NCBI GenBank assembly: GCA_023539495.1
Contig: JAKCEV010000001.1
Span: forward strand, 1-59,083
Direction of reading: 5' to 3'
Length of the DNA stretch: 59,083 nt
Source of the DNA: Candidatus Wolframiiraptor allenii
Lineage (GTDB): Archaea > Thermoproteota > Nitrososphaeria_A > Caldarchaeales > Wolframiiraptoraceae
The position numbers and the translations under genes are program-made. Positions 8,926 through 17,140 of this stretch are shown piece by piece. Each line of letters opens with the position of its first letter. Position 1 is the first letter of the stretch. A model generated the notes under the pieces. It did not search any database, was not told the DNA's origin, and saw nothing but the letters and a program-made list of their open reading frames with translations.

Positions 8926-9417
8926 CTAGCGTTTCTTCACTTTCCTTATCTTGATCACCGCGCCCGTTTTTAACTCTCTTATGATTCGCGATGAAGTAAT
9001 TGCTTTCCCGATTGCTATGAGCCTTCCATCGCTCGACTCCACCAAGACTTCTTCGCCAGGCCTTATGCCATCGGAGCAATATTGAATGTCGGCTGCGAGG
9101 GGGTTCATCCCCCTGAGCACGCGCTCCACACCGGATTCCCGAAGGACTATCCTCGGCGCCTTATCGCCAAGAGCTTCTCTTAACCTCTCGGCCCCATGAA
9201 GGCTTAGGGCTATCATGTTATCCGGATACCTAATAGTTGCCAGTATCTCCTCGCCGAGCTTGATGTAGCGCGGCCTCCCAGTCCTCTTAGAAACCTCGAC
9301 AATGCATTCGTCAGGAAAGAGCTTTTCACCCGTTCCTTTCCCGAACTGGTAGTCGGCTATATCGCGGACAATCCTGAGAAGCAGTCTACCTAATAACTTT
9401 GAACCCTCCATTGTCAA
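8926..9417 (-). CDS. PUA-domain RNA-binding protein
   Basis: C-terminal PUA-like segment (IRPGEEVLVESSDGRLIAIGKAITSSRIIRELKTGAVIKIRKV). Overlaps the hflX 3' end. Confidence 0.65.
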   Translation of the reverse strand: MTMEGSKLLGRLLLRIVRDIADYQFGKGTGEKLFPDECIVEVSKRTGRPRYIKLGEEILATIRYPDNMIALSLHGAERLREALGDKAPRIVLRESGVERVLRGMNPLAADIQYCSDGIRPGEEVLVESSDGRLIAIGKAITSSRIIRELKTGAVIKIRKVKKR

Positions 9418-10657
9418 ATTTCCTCCTTATTTTCTCTGCTAGCTGGATGGGCATCTCGGCTCTAACCCTTATGAACTCATCCTCATAGTTGAGGAAGTCG
9501 ACCCTAGAGTTCCTGAATATCTCGTCTAGAATCTTGGCTGTCTCCTCCGTGTAGGGTAATGTGGTCTCGACCTTGATGAAGCCCTTTAGGAGCTCAGAAA
9601 CCTTTTCTTGGAGCTCATCAAGTCCCCAGCCGTACTTCGCGGATATTATAACATGTGGCAGATCTAGGTCGAGTTCCTCGATCCTTAACTCAAGCTCATC
9701 TCGGTCGACGAGATCAACCTTATTCAGTACGAGGAGTATCGGGACATCATGCGCCCCAATATTATAGAGTGTTTGGAGCGATGTCTCTATTTTCTCCTTC
9801 AGCTTATTCGCAGGATCGGATGCGTCAGCAACTAGAAGTATCAGATCTGAGAGTGCTATCTCCCTGAGTGTTGCATAGAAGGCTTCCACAAGAAGTGTTG
9901 GGAGATTCTTAATGAACCCGACCGTATCTGAAAGGAAGACAGGCTTCCCAGCAAGGCGGACTACTCTAGTTGTAGGGGTTAGCGTCGTGAAGAGCCTCGA
10001 GTCCACGGGCACATTCTCCCTAGCTAGGGCGTTGAAGAGCGTGGACTTTCCTGCATTGGTGTAGCCCGCTAGAGATATCATCGGCAGGCCGCGCTTCCTC
10101 CTCTCCAGCCTAATCAGATCCATATGCTTCTTGATGTTCTCAAGCTTTCTCGATATCGAGACTATCCTCCTATGTATCTCATCGTAATATACGTCCGCCT
10201 CATATGCTCCGAGGCCGTGGAATCCGGGTTGCTCACCTTTTTTCGCAAGCCTCACTTTCTCCTTCGCCCTAGAGAGCTCATACTTCAGCTCCGCGAGCTT
10301 TATCTGGAGCTTTGCCTCGAGGCTGCTCGCGTGGAGGCTGAATATCTCGAGTATCAGCTTTGTCCTTGTGAGTATTGGGACCTTTAGCTCCTTTGCGAGA
10401 TTATACTCTTGAACGGGCTTCAGCTCATTCTCGAAGACCACCTTCTCTATACCCAGCACCTTGACAGCCTTCTTCAGCTCCTCAACCTTTCCAGGGCCTA
10501 TATGATACTCGGGGTGAGGTGGCCTAACCTGCTTAAGTTCATAGACAACCTCGTATCCCGCCGTTCTACAAAGCTCCCTAAGTTCGCTAAGATTATCTTC
10601 CTCACCTCTATCAACTCGATGAACTATTGCTACTTTCAAAGCTCCGCCTTCAAGCAT
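9386..10657 (-). CDS. hflX: GTPase HflX
   Basis: 423 aa. HflX N-domain with coiled region, G1 GYTNAGKSTLFN, G3 DTVGF, G4 NKVD. Confidence 0.9.
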   Translation of the reverse strand: MLEGGALKVAIVHRVDRGEEDNLSELRELCRTAGYEVVYELKQVRPPHPEYHIGPGKVEELKKAVKVLGIEKVVFENELKPVQEYNLAKELKVPILTRTKLILEIFSLHASSLEAKLQIKLAELKYELSRAKEKVRLAKKGEQPGFHGLGAYEADVYYDEIHRRIVSISRKLENIKKHMDLIRLERRKRGLPMISLAGYTNAGKSTLFNALARENVPVDSRLFTTLTPTTRVVRLAGKPVFLSDTVGFIKNLPTLLVEAFYATLREIALSDLILLVADASDPANKLKEKIETSLQTLYNIGAHDVPILLVLNKVDLVDRDELELRIEELDLDLPHVIISAKYGWGLDELQEKVSELLKGFIKVETTLPYTEETAKILDEIFRNSRVDFLNYEDEFIRVRAEMPIQLAEKIRRKFDNGGFKVIR

Positions 10658-10693
10658 TAGTCCCGCCAGCCATCCCTTAAACCTTGATTCAAC

Positions 10694-11056
10694 CTAAAGC
10701 TCTTCCTTCTGCCTCTTCTTGAGTAGATCCCCCAGGCTCACTCCACCAGACGCTCCAGGCTTCGTGAGATATTTCTTTATTTCCGAGGACGGCTCCTCCT
10801 CAGCCGGCATGAGAAGCCTTATCCTTAGAATCTTCTCAAGCCTTCTCGCGAGTTCTATTGAGGGCCTAAGCTCGCCATGCTCGATCTTCTTTATCACCGT
10901 GGCCTTCTCGCCCACCTGGCTGGCCAGCTCCTCCTGAGTCAACCCAATCTTAATCCTAGCCTCCCTAACAAGCTCACCATAATTCTCAACAAGCTCGAGA
11001 TCCTCGCCCGGCAATGATCCAGCAGGTCTCTTAGCTCTCTTCATCACAGCCATCAA
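10694..11056 (-). CDS. XRE-family HTH protein, MBF1-like (no N-terminal zinc ribbon)
   Basis: GLTQEELASQVGEKATVIKKIEHGELRPSIELARRLEKIL matches the MBF1/XRE HTH pattern. Confidence 0.7.
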   Translation of the reverse strand: MMAVMKRAKRPAGSLPGEDLELVENYGELVREARIKIGLTQEELASQVGEKATVIKKIEHGELRPSIELARRLEKILRIRLLMPAEEEPSSEIKKYLTKPGASGGVSLGDLLKKRQKEEL

Positions 11057-11131
11057 GTCACCATCCTCTAATAAGTCTAGCCTAGCGATGGGTTATATTA
11101 ATAAGGGAGACCTTAAGGGGTCTCAGGCAGA

Positions 11132-11644
11132 ATGGGGGATCCGAAGAGACCCAGAAAGCAATATGAGACTCCGAGTCATCCTTGGAAGGCCGATAGGTTG
11201 GCTGCTGAGCTTCAGCTCGTCGGGGAATATGGTTTAAGGAATAAGAGGGAGTTGTGGAGGGCGCAGACAATCCTGAGAAAGATTAGGGCTCATGCAAGGA
11301 AGCTCTTCGGCCTCACCGGCGAGGTGCGGGCCAGGGAAGAGCGCATCCTCATAGGGCGACTCTATAGGATGGGGCTTGTTGACGAGAACGCAACGGCTGA
11401 TGATGTCCTCAAACTGACGGTCAGAGATATACTCGAGAGAAGGCTTCAGACAATGGTCTATAAGCTTGGGCTCGCGAGGACAATATACCAAGCGAGGCAG
11501 CTCATAGTCCACGGTCACGTCTATGTTGGTGATAGGAAGGTCAGGTCGCCGAGCTATCACGTGATGAGGGGCGAGGAGAGGCTAATCAGGGTCGCACTGC
11601 CGATACTCACCCAAGCCGGCCAAAGGGAATCTAATGAAAAATGA
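11132..11644 (+). CDS. rps4: Ribosomal protein uS4
   Basis: [19 protein letters not shown]-terminus and an S4 RNA-binding domain ([30 protein letters not shown]). Confidence 0.93.
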   Translation: MGDPKRPRKQYETPSHPWKADRLAAELQLVGEYGLRNKRELWRAQTILRKIRAHARKLFGLTGEVRAREERILIGRLYRMGLVDENATADDVLKLTVRDILERRLQTMVYKLGLARTIYQARQLIVHGHVYVGDRKVRSPSYHVMRGEERLIRVALPILTQAGQRESNEK

Positions 11645-11660
11645 GAAGAACTGCTGAGAA

Positions 11661-12200
11661 TTACGATGATCGCGCGATATAGATTAGATGTGGTAGGGCT
11701 TGGAGGAAGTTCTCCAGAGCAAGTTTTACGGCATTTGGCGATCCGGGTATGCAGATAACGGCCTTTCCATGAGCAATCCCCATCGTGGCCCTGCTCAGGA
11801 TCGCGGCTGCCCCAATCTCCCCGAAGCTAAGCCACCGAAATAGCTCTCCAAACCCTTCAACCTCCTTCTCGAAAAACGGCTTAACAGCCTCTATCGTTAC
11901 ATCTCTCCTCGAGAAGCCCGTCCCACCAATGAAGATCACCACGTCTAAATCCTCCCTCTTTAGGAGCTTTTCCAGAACAACCCTTATCCCCTCCATGTCA
12001 TCATCCACAAGTTCCCTAACCTCGACCACATGACCATGCTCAATTATCATCGCGGCCGCGAGATCTTGGGACTCATCCGTGTAGGGCCTGCCATCGCGCC
12101 TCGCCGCATACCTAGAGCTGCTCACGGTTACAAGGGCGAATCTAAGAGTCTTGGGCGCATGCTTCTCATGCTCATACTTTGGCGAGGACAGCCCCCTCAC
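11661..12200 (-). CDS. moaB: Molybdenum cofactor biosynthesis protein MoaB/MogA family
   Basis: MoCF_biosynth fold motifs (VIFIGGTGFSRRDVT, PGSPNAV). 4-nt overlap with moaC. Confidence 0.85.
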   Translation of the reverse strand: MRGLSSPKYEHEKHAPKTLRFALVTVSSSRYAARRDGRPYTDESQDLAAAMIIEHGHVVEVRELVDDDMEGIRVVLEKLLKREDLDVVIFIGGTGFSRRDVTIEAVKPFFEKEVEGFGELFRWLSFGEIGAAAILSRATMGIAHGKAVICIPGSPNAVKLALENFLQALPHLIYIARSS

Positions 12201-12658
12201 CCCTCCTTAACCTTCCTCAAGACCCTTATCGAGGTGATCTCCGTTAATGGATATTGGCCGGACTCATCCTTCTCATATTGCTTGACGACATCCCATATAT
12301 TGAGGAGGGCTATCGCGGCGGCTGTTAGAGCCTCCATCTCGACCCCAGTCTTCTCATGTGCGACAACCCTGACCATAACCTCGACCCCATCATCCATAAC
12401 GTTGAGGCTTGCCTCAACATGCTCAAGCTTAAGCGGGTGGCAGAGGGGGAGCAGGAATGGCGTCAGCTTTGCGGCATTTATCCCCGCAAGCCTCGCCACC
12501 TGAAGCGGGTCACCCTTCTCCAAGGCGCCAGACCTTATCCTCTGAATAGTCTCAGGCCTTAGCTTGATGAATCCCCTCGCAACCGCCTCTCTCCTAACAA
12601 CCTCCTTCCCAGAAACATCAACCTGCCTTATCTCCGCCATATCCAGCCCAAATGACAT
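12197..12658 (-). CDS. moaC: Cyclic pyranopterin monophosphate synthase accessory protein MoaC
   Basis: KGDPLQVARLAGINAAKLTPFLLPLCHPL and EMEALTAAAIALLNIWD are typical MoaC blocks. Confidence 0.9.
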   Translation of the reverse strand: MSFGLDMAEIRQVDVSGKEVVRREAVARGFIKLRPETIQRIRSGALEKGDPLQVARLAGINAAKLTPFLLPLCHPLKLEHVEASLNVMDDGVEVMVRVVAHEKTGVEMEALTAAAIALLNIWDVVKQYEKDESGQYPLTEITSIRVLRKVKEG

Positions 12659-12697
12659 GACAACCCAGGCTAATTACCCTTCTCGCGATAAGGCGCC

Positions 12698-13228
12698 ATG
12701 GAAATACTCTTAAAGAATCCGGAGAATGATCACTTGATGAAGATACTCTACGCCCCATGGAGGATCACCTACATAAAATGGTTCTCAAAGAAGGAGAGGG
12801 AGTGCTTTCTCTGTGAGGCCTCGAGGGATGAGGATGATGCGAGGAATCTCGTGGTCCATAGGGGTCAATCATGCTTCGTGATCCTAAACAGGTACCCCTA
12901 TAATAATGGCCACCTCATGATAGCGCCATACAGGCATGTTAGAAGAATAACCGATCTAGGTGATGATGAGCTCCTTGAGATGATCAAGCTCCTAAAGCTC
13001 TCGATCGCGGCGCTTGAATCCGAGTATAAGCCCGATGGATTCAATGTGGGGCTGAATATTGGGAGGGCCGCTGGAGCAGGCCTCGAAGAGCACATTCACC
13101 TTCACATCGTTCCACGATGGGTTGGAGACACTAATTTCATGCCGGTCCTAGCGGATACGAAGGTGATCCCAGAGTCTCTTGAGGAGAGCTGGAGAAGGCT
13201 TAGAGACCGGCTCCAAGCCCTATTTTAG
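12698..13228 (+). CDS. HIT-family nucleotide hydrolase/transferase
   Basis: Histidine-triad motif HIHLHIVPRW. The CFLC and NRYPYNNGHLMI context is typical of the Ap4A-phosphorylase-like HIT branch. Confidence 0.85.
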   Translation: MEILLKNPENDHLMKILYAPWRITYIKWFSKKERECFLCEASRDEDDARNLVVHRGQSCFVILNRYPYNNGHLMIAPYRHVRRITDLGDDELLEMIKLLKLSIAALESEYKPDGFNVGLNIGRAAGAGLEEHIHLHIVPRWVGDTNFMPVLADTKVIPESLEESWRRLRDRLQALF

Positions 13229-13256
13229 AAGCGGCCGCCTGCTTTAGATCATAACA

Positions 13257-13376
13257 GGTCGAGGAGGGTGCGGATATGGGCCCGGTGAGACTTAAACCCA
13301 TGACGTCATGCCCAACAGTGGATAAGAATCCTCCCTTGTAAGATCCCCTAGCCCCTTCACGGAGGCCTCCTCGACC
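13257..13376. repeat. 11-bp perfect inverted repeat (ggtcgaggagg / cctcctcgacc) enclosing 98 nt with internal palindromes
   Basis: Arms at 13257-13267 and 13366-13376. Internal atgacgtcat (13300-13309) and ggaggcctcc (13361-13370). Lies between the convergent HIT and LAGLIDADG gene ends. Confidence 0.8.
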
Positions 13377-13386
13377 ATAATGATGG

Positions 13387-14394
13387 TCACATAAACGCGG
13401 TGAACTGGTAAGTATGCGTGTAAAAGGGGGAAAGGGGGTGGGTTAGTATTCTAGTCTTCCAGTTCTTCTCAAGTAGTTTACCAGGCGTTCTTGTTTCCTC
13501 CTTATGGTGAATCCTATATACTTGTAGAACCCCCATATTACAGCTCCGTTTCACGTAAACATGGTACACATCACGTCGGCGAACATATTGTTTTCCTTTT
13601 ATGTGCGTTATTGATCCTCGTTGATGTAGAAGGTTCGGGCCCGTCGTTGCTATCTTAAATCTTCCAAGAAGGGACTGCACATACTTCAAGAGGCGATAAT
13701 CGCTGTTCACTACATAAATTGACCCATCTTTCAATACGCCCCCTTCCGCGTCGAAGAACCCCCTAAGGAATGCGGCGCTGCACTTATCACAGTGTTCAAT
13801 GTATTTCCTCAACCTCTCGAGGTCAACCGGCTTTTTCAACAGTTCGTAGAGTGTCTTCGACTTAACCTGGGTGTAATAGTAGTAGCGACCTGTCGATCTC
13901 AGGATTTTCGGTTTGTGCGGTGGCCTGTTCAGTACTCTGCCTATCCTTATAGCAAATTCCTCGACAAACTCTTTATCCTTCGCCCTGAGGTGTATTCTGG
14001 CTTGCTTGTAGCCTTTGCGGTCGCGCCTTGTAGTACCAACATATCCATCGCCGCAAACCACGCCGATCACATATGCTAAATCCTCGGAAGGCTCCAACAG
14101 TTCCAGCGAAGGTATCCTCCCTTTGTTATACGGACTATGCAGTCCTCGTACCCATCCACTTATCTGGCACCTGGATAGCTCAATCCCGTATTCCTGTTTG
14201 ATTACATGTCTGATCTTATTGTTCGACAGTCCTAGTTGGCGAAGAGCCATAACCCTATCATACAGCTTTATCCTAAGCTCTCTGGGCCGATATTCTCCCC
14301 TCCTCCTACCATCACCTACAATTTGGGCCTCCTCTCTCCGGACCGAATCCGATCCACTTTGCCGCGGCCCACTCTTCGTCTGCGTCATCTTCAT
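13387..14394 (-). CDS. Free-standing double-motif LAGLIDADG endonuclease with N-terminal HTH; C-terminus apparently frameshifted
   Basis: Motif 1 LAYVIGVVCGDGYV, motif 2 AAFLRGFFDAEGGV. N-terminal HTH-like LRQLGLSNNKIRHVIKQEYGIELSRCQISGWV. After the C5 run at 13530-13534 another frame reads GFYKYIGFTIRRKQERLVNYLRRTGRLEY* (stop 13443-13445), which looks like the genuine LAGLIDADG tail. Confidence 0.75.
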   Translation of the reverse strand: MKMTQTKSGPRQSGSDSVRREEAQIVGDGRRRGEYRPRELRIKLYDRVMALRQLGLSNNKIRHVIKQEYGIELSRCQISGWVRGLHSPYNKGRIPSLELLEPSEDLAYVIGVVCGDGYVGTTRRDRKGYKQARIHLRAKDKEFVEEFAIRIGRVLNRPPHKPKILRSTGRYYYYTQVKSKTLYELLKKPVDLERLRKYIEHCDKCSAAFLRGFFDAEGGVLKDGSIYVVNSDYRLLKYVQSLLGRFKIATTGPNLLHQRGSITHIKGKQYVRRRDVYHVYVKRSCNMGVLQVYRIHHKEETRTPGKLLEKNWKTRILTHPLSPFYTHTYQFTAFM

Positions 14395-14649
14395 TCACCC
14401 CCCGAGGACTTCATAGAGTAAGCCATGAAGCTCCTCGCAGACGTGGTTCATTACCTTGCCAACGTATCCGCGGTATTCTCTGGCGAAGCCGTCGAGCATG
14501 CTAAGGTCATCATGGATAAGCGTCCTAGCGATGACTGATGGCAGCCTATACCTCTCAACAATGGCAAGCGTCGAGTTAATGTTATCCAAGACCCCGACGA
14601 ACTCCCTCATGAGGCCGGCCTCCTCGAAGACATCCACGTAATCAGCCAT
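14395..14649 (-). CDS. ORF-A copy 2 (84 aa), stop codon abutting the LAGLIDADG start (TGAATG)
   Basis: MADYVDVFEEAGLMREFVGVLDNINSTLAIVERYRLPSVIARTLIHDDLSMLDGFAREYRGYVGKVMNHVCEELHGLLYEVLGG. GGAGG Shine-Dalgarno-like element directly 5' of the ATG at 14649. Paralogous to copies 1 and 3. Confidence 0.6.
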   Translation of the reverse strand: MADYVDVFEEAGLMREFVGVLDNINSTLAIVERYRLPSVIARTLIHDDLSMLDGFAREYRGYVGKVMNHVCEELHGLLYEVLGG

Positions 14650-14696
14650 ACCTCCACAATACCATCCCAATACATGCCTGCCCTTATTTCTTGGGG
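14641..14696. repeat. Left arm of a long inverted repeat (ORF-A promoter, leader and ATGGCTGAT)
   Basis: The reverse complement gggtccccaagaaataagggcaggcatgtattgggatggtattgtggaggtatggctgat matches 15046-15109 with a few mismatches and small gaps. Confidence 0.8.
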
Positions 14697-14725
14697 ACCC
14701 GCCTGAAAATGGAAAGATTATGATG

Positions 14726-14990
14726 ATGCCGGGAAGCCGGCTAAAAATAGGATTCCATGGCGATAGAGGGACCTCGGAGCAGATACTTATAATACCTTAT
14801 CAAGGATGGAGAGGATGTCAAGTATTTCGTGGTCAGGGGCGTGAGGGAGGGTGATGGGCGCGTGACGAGATGCGACATGATCAGGATAATGGGCTGGGAT
14901 CAGTTGATAGAATATCTCGGGGAAGTCTGGGAGGAGCTATGGGACGCAATGCTATTCAAGCTGAGGGCCGCCGAGGCGGGCATGCCGTAA
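14726..14990 (+). pseudogene. ORF-B copy 2, carrying a 1-nt insertion relative to copy 1
   Basis: 265 nt from ATG to TAA against 264 nt in copy 1. The N-terminus MPGSRLKIGFHGDRGTSEQILIIP runs into a stop. After the shift the frame reads KYFVVRGVREGDGRVTRCDMIRIMGWDQLIEYLGEVWEELWDAMLFKLRAAEAGMP*. Confidence 0.5.
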
Positions 14991-15045
14991 GGCTGAAGCC
15001 AATATCACAATACCCCATATTTTTATTTCCCATTTTTCGGGCGCT

Positions 15046-15109
15046 CCCCAAGAAAATAAGGGGAGGTGTGTATTGGGATGGTATTATGGGGGCGAGGGGT
15101 ATGGCTGAT
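15046..15109. repeat. Right arm of the inverted repeat, downstream of ORF-B copy 2
   Basis: ccccaagaaaataaggggaggtgtgtattgggatggtattatgggggcgaggggtatggctgat. It is followed by a 37-codon ORF (15101-15214, MADAGNEAVKK...) unrelated to ORF-A beyond the third codon. Confidence 0.8.
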
Positions 15110-15182
15110 GCGGGGAATGAGGCTGTGAAGAAGGCAAGTGGCGGGAGTGCCCGAAGTGCGGGGCCACGACATAGTATCTATG

Positions 15183-16226
15183 TTATTGGGAGAAGCCTAA
15201 AGCCTTCATTTTAACCACGTCATAGTGCGGCGATGACGGGTTGGCGATCAATGAGACCCTGCTCGGCCTATCCTCGGCGAGATACTCGTATCCTAGAGCC
15301 TCTGCAAGCTTTATCGCAAATGGCCTGATCTCGTCGAGGGAGGGCATCGCCTCTCTCTTCATCCTCTTCTGGGACTCGCCTACATGCATGTATCCCTTAC
15401 ACTCGATGAAGTCTGGCTCGGCGATCCTAATGAGCTCCGCATATTTCTCGGGATCCCGGATCGTATAACCATTAATCATGATCAGCCTAACAACCTTCAC
15501 GGATTTCTGAAACTCCCTCATAACCTTCAGACTCTCCACGAGCCTTTCCCAGCTATCCGGGATTAATGGCCTGCAGATCCTCTTATGAGCCTCGGGATCT
15601 GGGCCATAAAGGCTGATGTAGAGATTTGTTGGCTCAGCATCCTCCTCCGTAAGCTCCATGAGTCTCTCTGGGTTAGTGCCGTTCGTAACTAGAAAGGCCG
15701 TCATACCCCTACTCTTAATCAGCTTCACCATATCAGCGAGATACGGGTATATCGTCGGTTCACCGTCGAGGGAGATCGCGACGTGCTTTGGCTCCATCGC
15801 CTCATCGAAGAGCCTCTTATCGACTATCGGGTTGCCCTTAAATCCTGATAGAAGTTGCCTCTGCTCCCGAATCAGCCCGTCGAGTATGTCCTCCGGCCTA
15901 TCCCACTCGCCCCCAACACCTGTTATGCGGTTTATAGTATGATGTCTCCAGCAGAAGATGCACATCATATTGCAATACTGGAGCGCTGGGGTCATTTGTA
16001 GACACCTGTGACTCTTGATACCATACCATCCCTTGTAACAGTTCTTACCACCCCTAAGAACGCTCCTAGTCCAGTGGCATATCTTGACTGCTGAGTGTCC
16101 CCCTACGACCCTATAACCCGCCCTCCTAAGCTTCGTGAGCTCAGCCTTCGCGATCTCTACAGACTCCGCTGGCATAGATCCCAAGAACCTTGCCACCAAA
16201 TCACCAGAGTAAAACCTGCATCTCAT
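15183..16226 (-). CDS. taw1: tRNA 4-demethylwyosine synthase (radical SAM, Taw1/TYW1)
   Basis: SAVKICHWTRSVLRGGKNCYKGWYGIKSHRC plus radical-SAM cluster CNMMCIFCWRHH. The real start is possibly the internal MPAES. Confidence 0.88.
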   Translation of the reverse strand: MRCRFYSGDLVARFLGSMPAESVEIAKAELTKLRRAGYRVVGGHSAVKICHWTRSVLRGGKNCYKGWYGIKSHRCLQMTPALQYCNMMCIFCWRHHTINRITGVGGEWDRPEDILDGLIREQRQLLSGFKGNPIVDKRLFDEAMEPKHVAISLDGEPTIYPYLADMVKLIKSRGMTAFLVTNGTNPERLMELTEEDAEPTNLYISLYGPDPEAHKRICRPLIPDSWERLVESLKVMREFQKSVKVVRLIMINGYTIRDPEKYAELIRIAEPDFIECKGYMHVGESQKRMKREAMPSLDEIRPFAIKLAEALGYEYLAEDRPSRVSLIANPSSPHYDVVKMKALGFSQ

Positions 16227-16312
16227 AAACTTGACTCCCCCGCCTTAAAGAGCGAGGCTTTCAATTGTAACCTTGGAGAACCAATGCGCTGAAGAGCAAG
16301 AGCAAAAAGTAT

Positions 16313-17125
16313 ATGAGCTATAAAGATGTTGTAAGCCTCATGTCCAGCTTAAAGAGGAAGCTCAAGAACGAGGAAGTGGTTCTTGGAACATGGATAACGA
16401 TAAACCATCCGGATGTTGTTGACGCTTTGTCGGAGCTCCCGCTCGATTGGCTTGTCTTTGACATGGAGCATGCGCCGCTCGAGATATCCGACGTCGAGGT
16501 CCTGCTCATGCCCCTAAGAGGCGTGGATATCTCACCGATAATCAGGGTCCCATGGAACGACATGGTAATCATAAAGAGGGCACTTGACATAGGAGCTGAG
16601 GGGATACTCGTTCCATGGGTTAATAGCCGGGAGGAGGCTGAGAAGGCTGTCAGCTATGCATCATATCCACCAAGAGGGTTAAGGGGTGTCGGGCCGAGGA
16701 GGGCGGTGAGATATGGCCGGAGAAGCTTCCTAGATTACTATGAGAACTTCGAGAAAAATGAGCGAATACTCTTGGTCCAGATAGAGACGGGCAGGGCGCT
16801 GGAAAACCTCGAGGAGATACTCTCAACACCCGGAATAGACGTTGCATATATCGGGCCGATGGACCTATCAGTCAGCCTCGGAATACCTCTGAAATTCGGG
16901 GACCCAAGATTCCAAGAGGCCTTAAAGAAGGTTAGGGGCGTCTGCGAGAAATACGGCGTTACGCCAGGGATACATGCATTCAGCCCGGAGCAGGCTCGAG
17001 AATTCATCTCTCAGGGCTTCAGGTTTGTCGCGCTAATGTCTGATCTAGGTATCATGAGGAGAGGGCTCATGAGCACGCTTGCGATACTGGGCAGAATAAA
17101 GGAGGAGGCTGGAGCCGGATATTGA
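16313..17125 (+). CDS. HpcH/HpaI-family aldolase
   Basis: 270 aa. GTWITINHPDVVDAL...FDMEHAP...IRVPWND...PPRGLRGVG...VQIET pattern of class II 2-keto-3-deoxy acid aldolases. Confidence 0.8.
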   Translation: MSYKDVVSLMSSLKRKLKNEEVVLGTWITINHPDVVDALSELPLDWLVFDMEHAPLEISDVEVLLMPLRGVDISPIIRVPWNDMVIIKRALDIGAEGILVPWVNSREEAEKAVSYASYPPRGLRGVGPRRAVRYGRRSFLDYYENFEKNERILLVQIETGRALENLEEILSTPGIDVAYIGPMDLSVSLGIPLKFGDPRFQEALKKVRGVCEKYGVTPGIHAFSPEQAREFISQGFRFVALMSDLGIMRRGLMSTLAILGRIKEEAGAGY

Positions 17126-17140
17126 CAAACAACCCCTTTC

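Larger units (their letters stand above)
14403..15045. repeat. Repeat cassette copy 2 (full ORF-A, divergent promoter region, ORF-B, T-rich tail)
   Basis: Collinear nucleotide similarity to 1-570 and 54057-54508. Similarity to copy 3 starts near the ...catagagta.gc. end of ORF-A. Confidence 0.85.
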
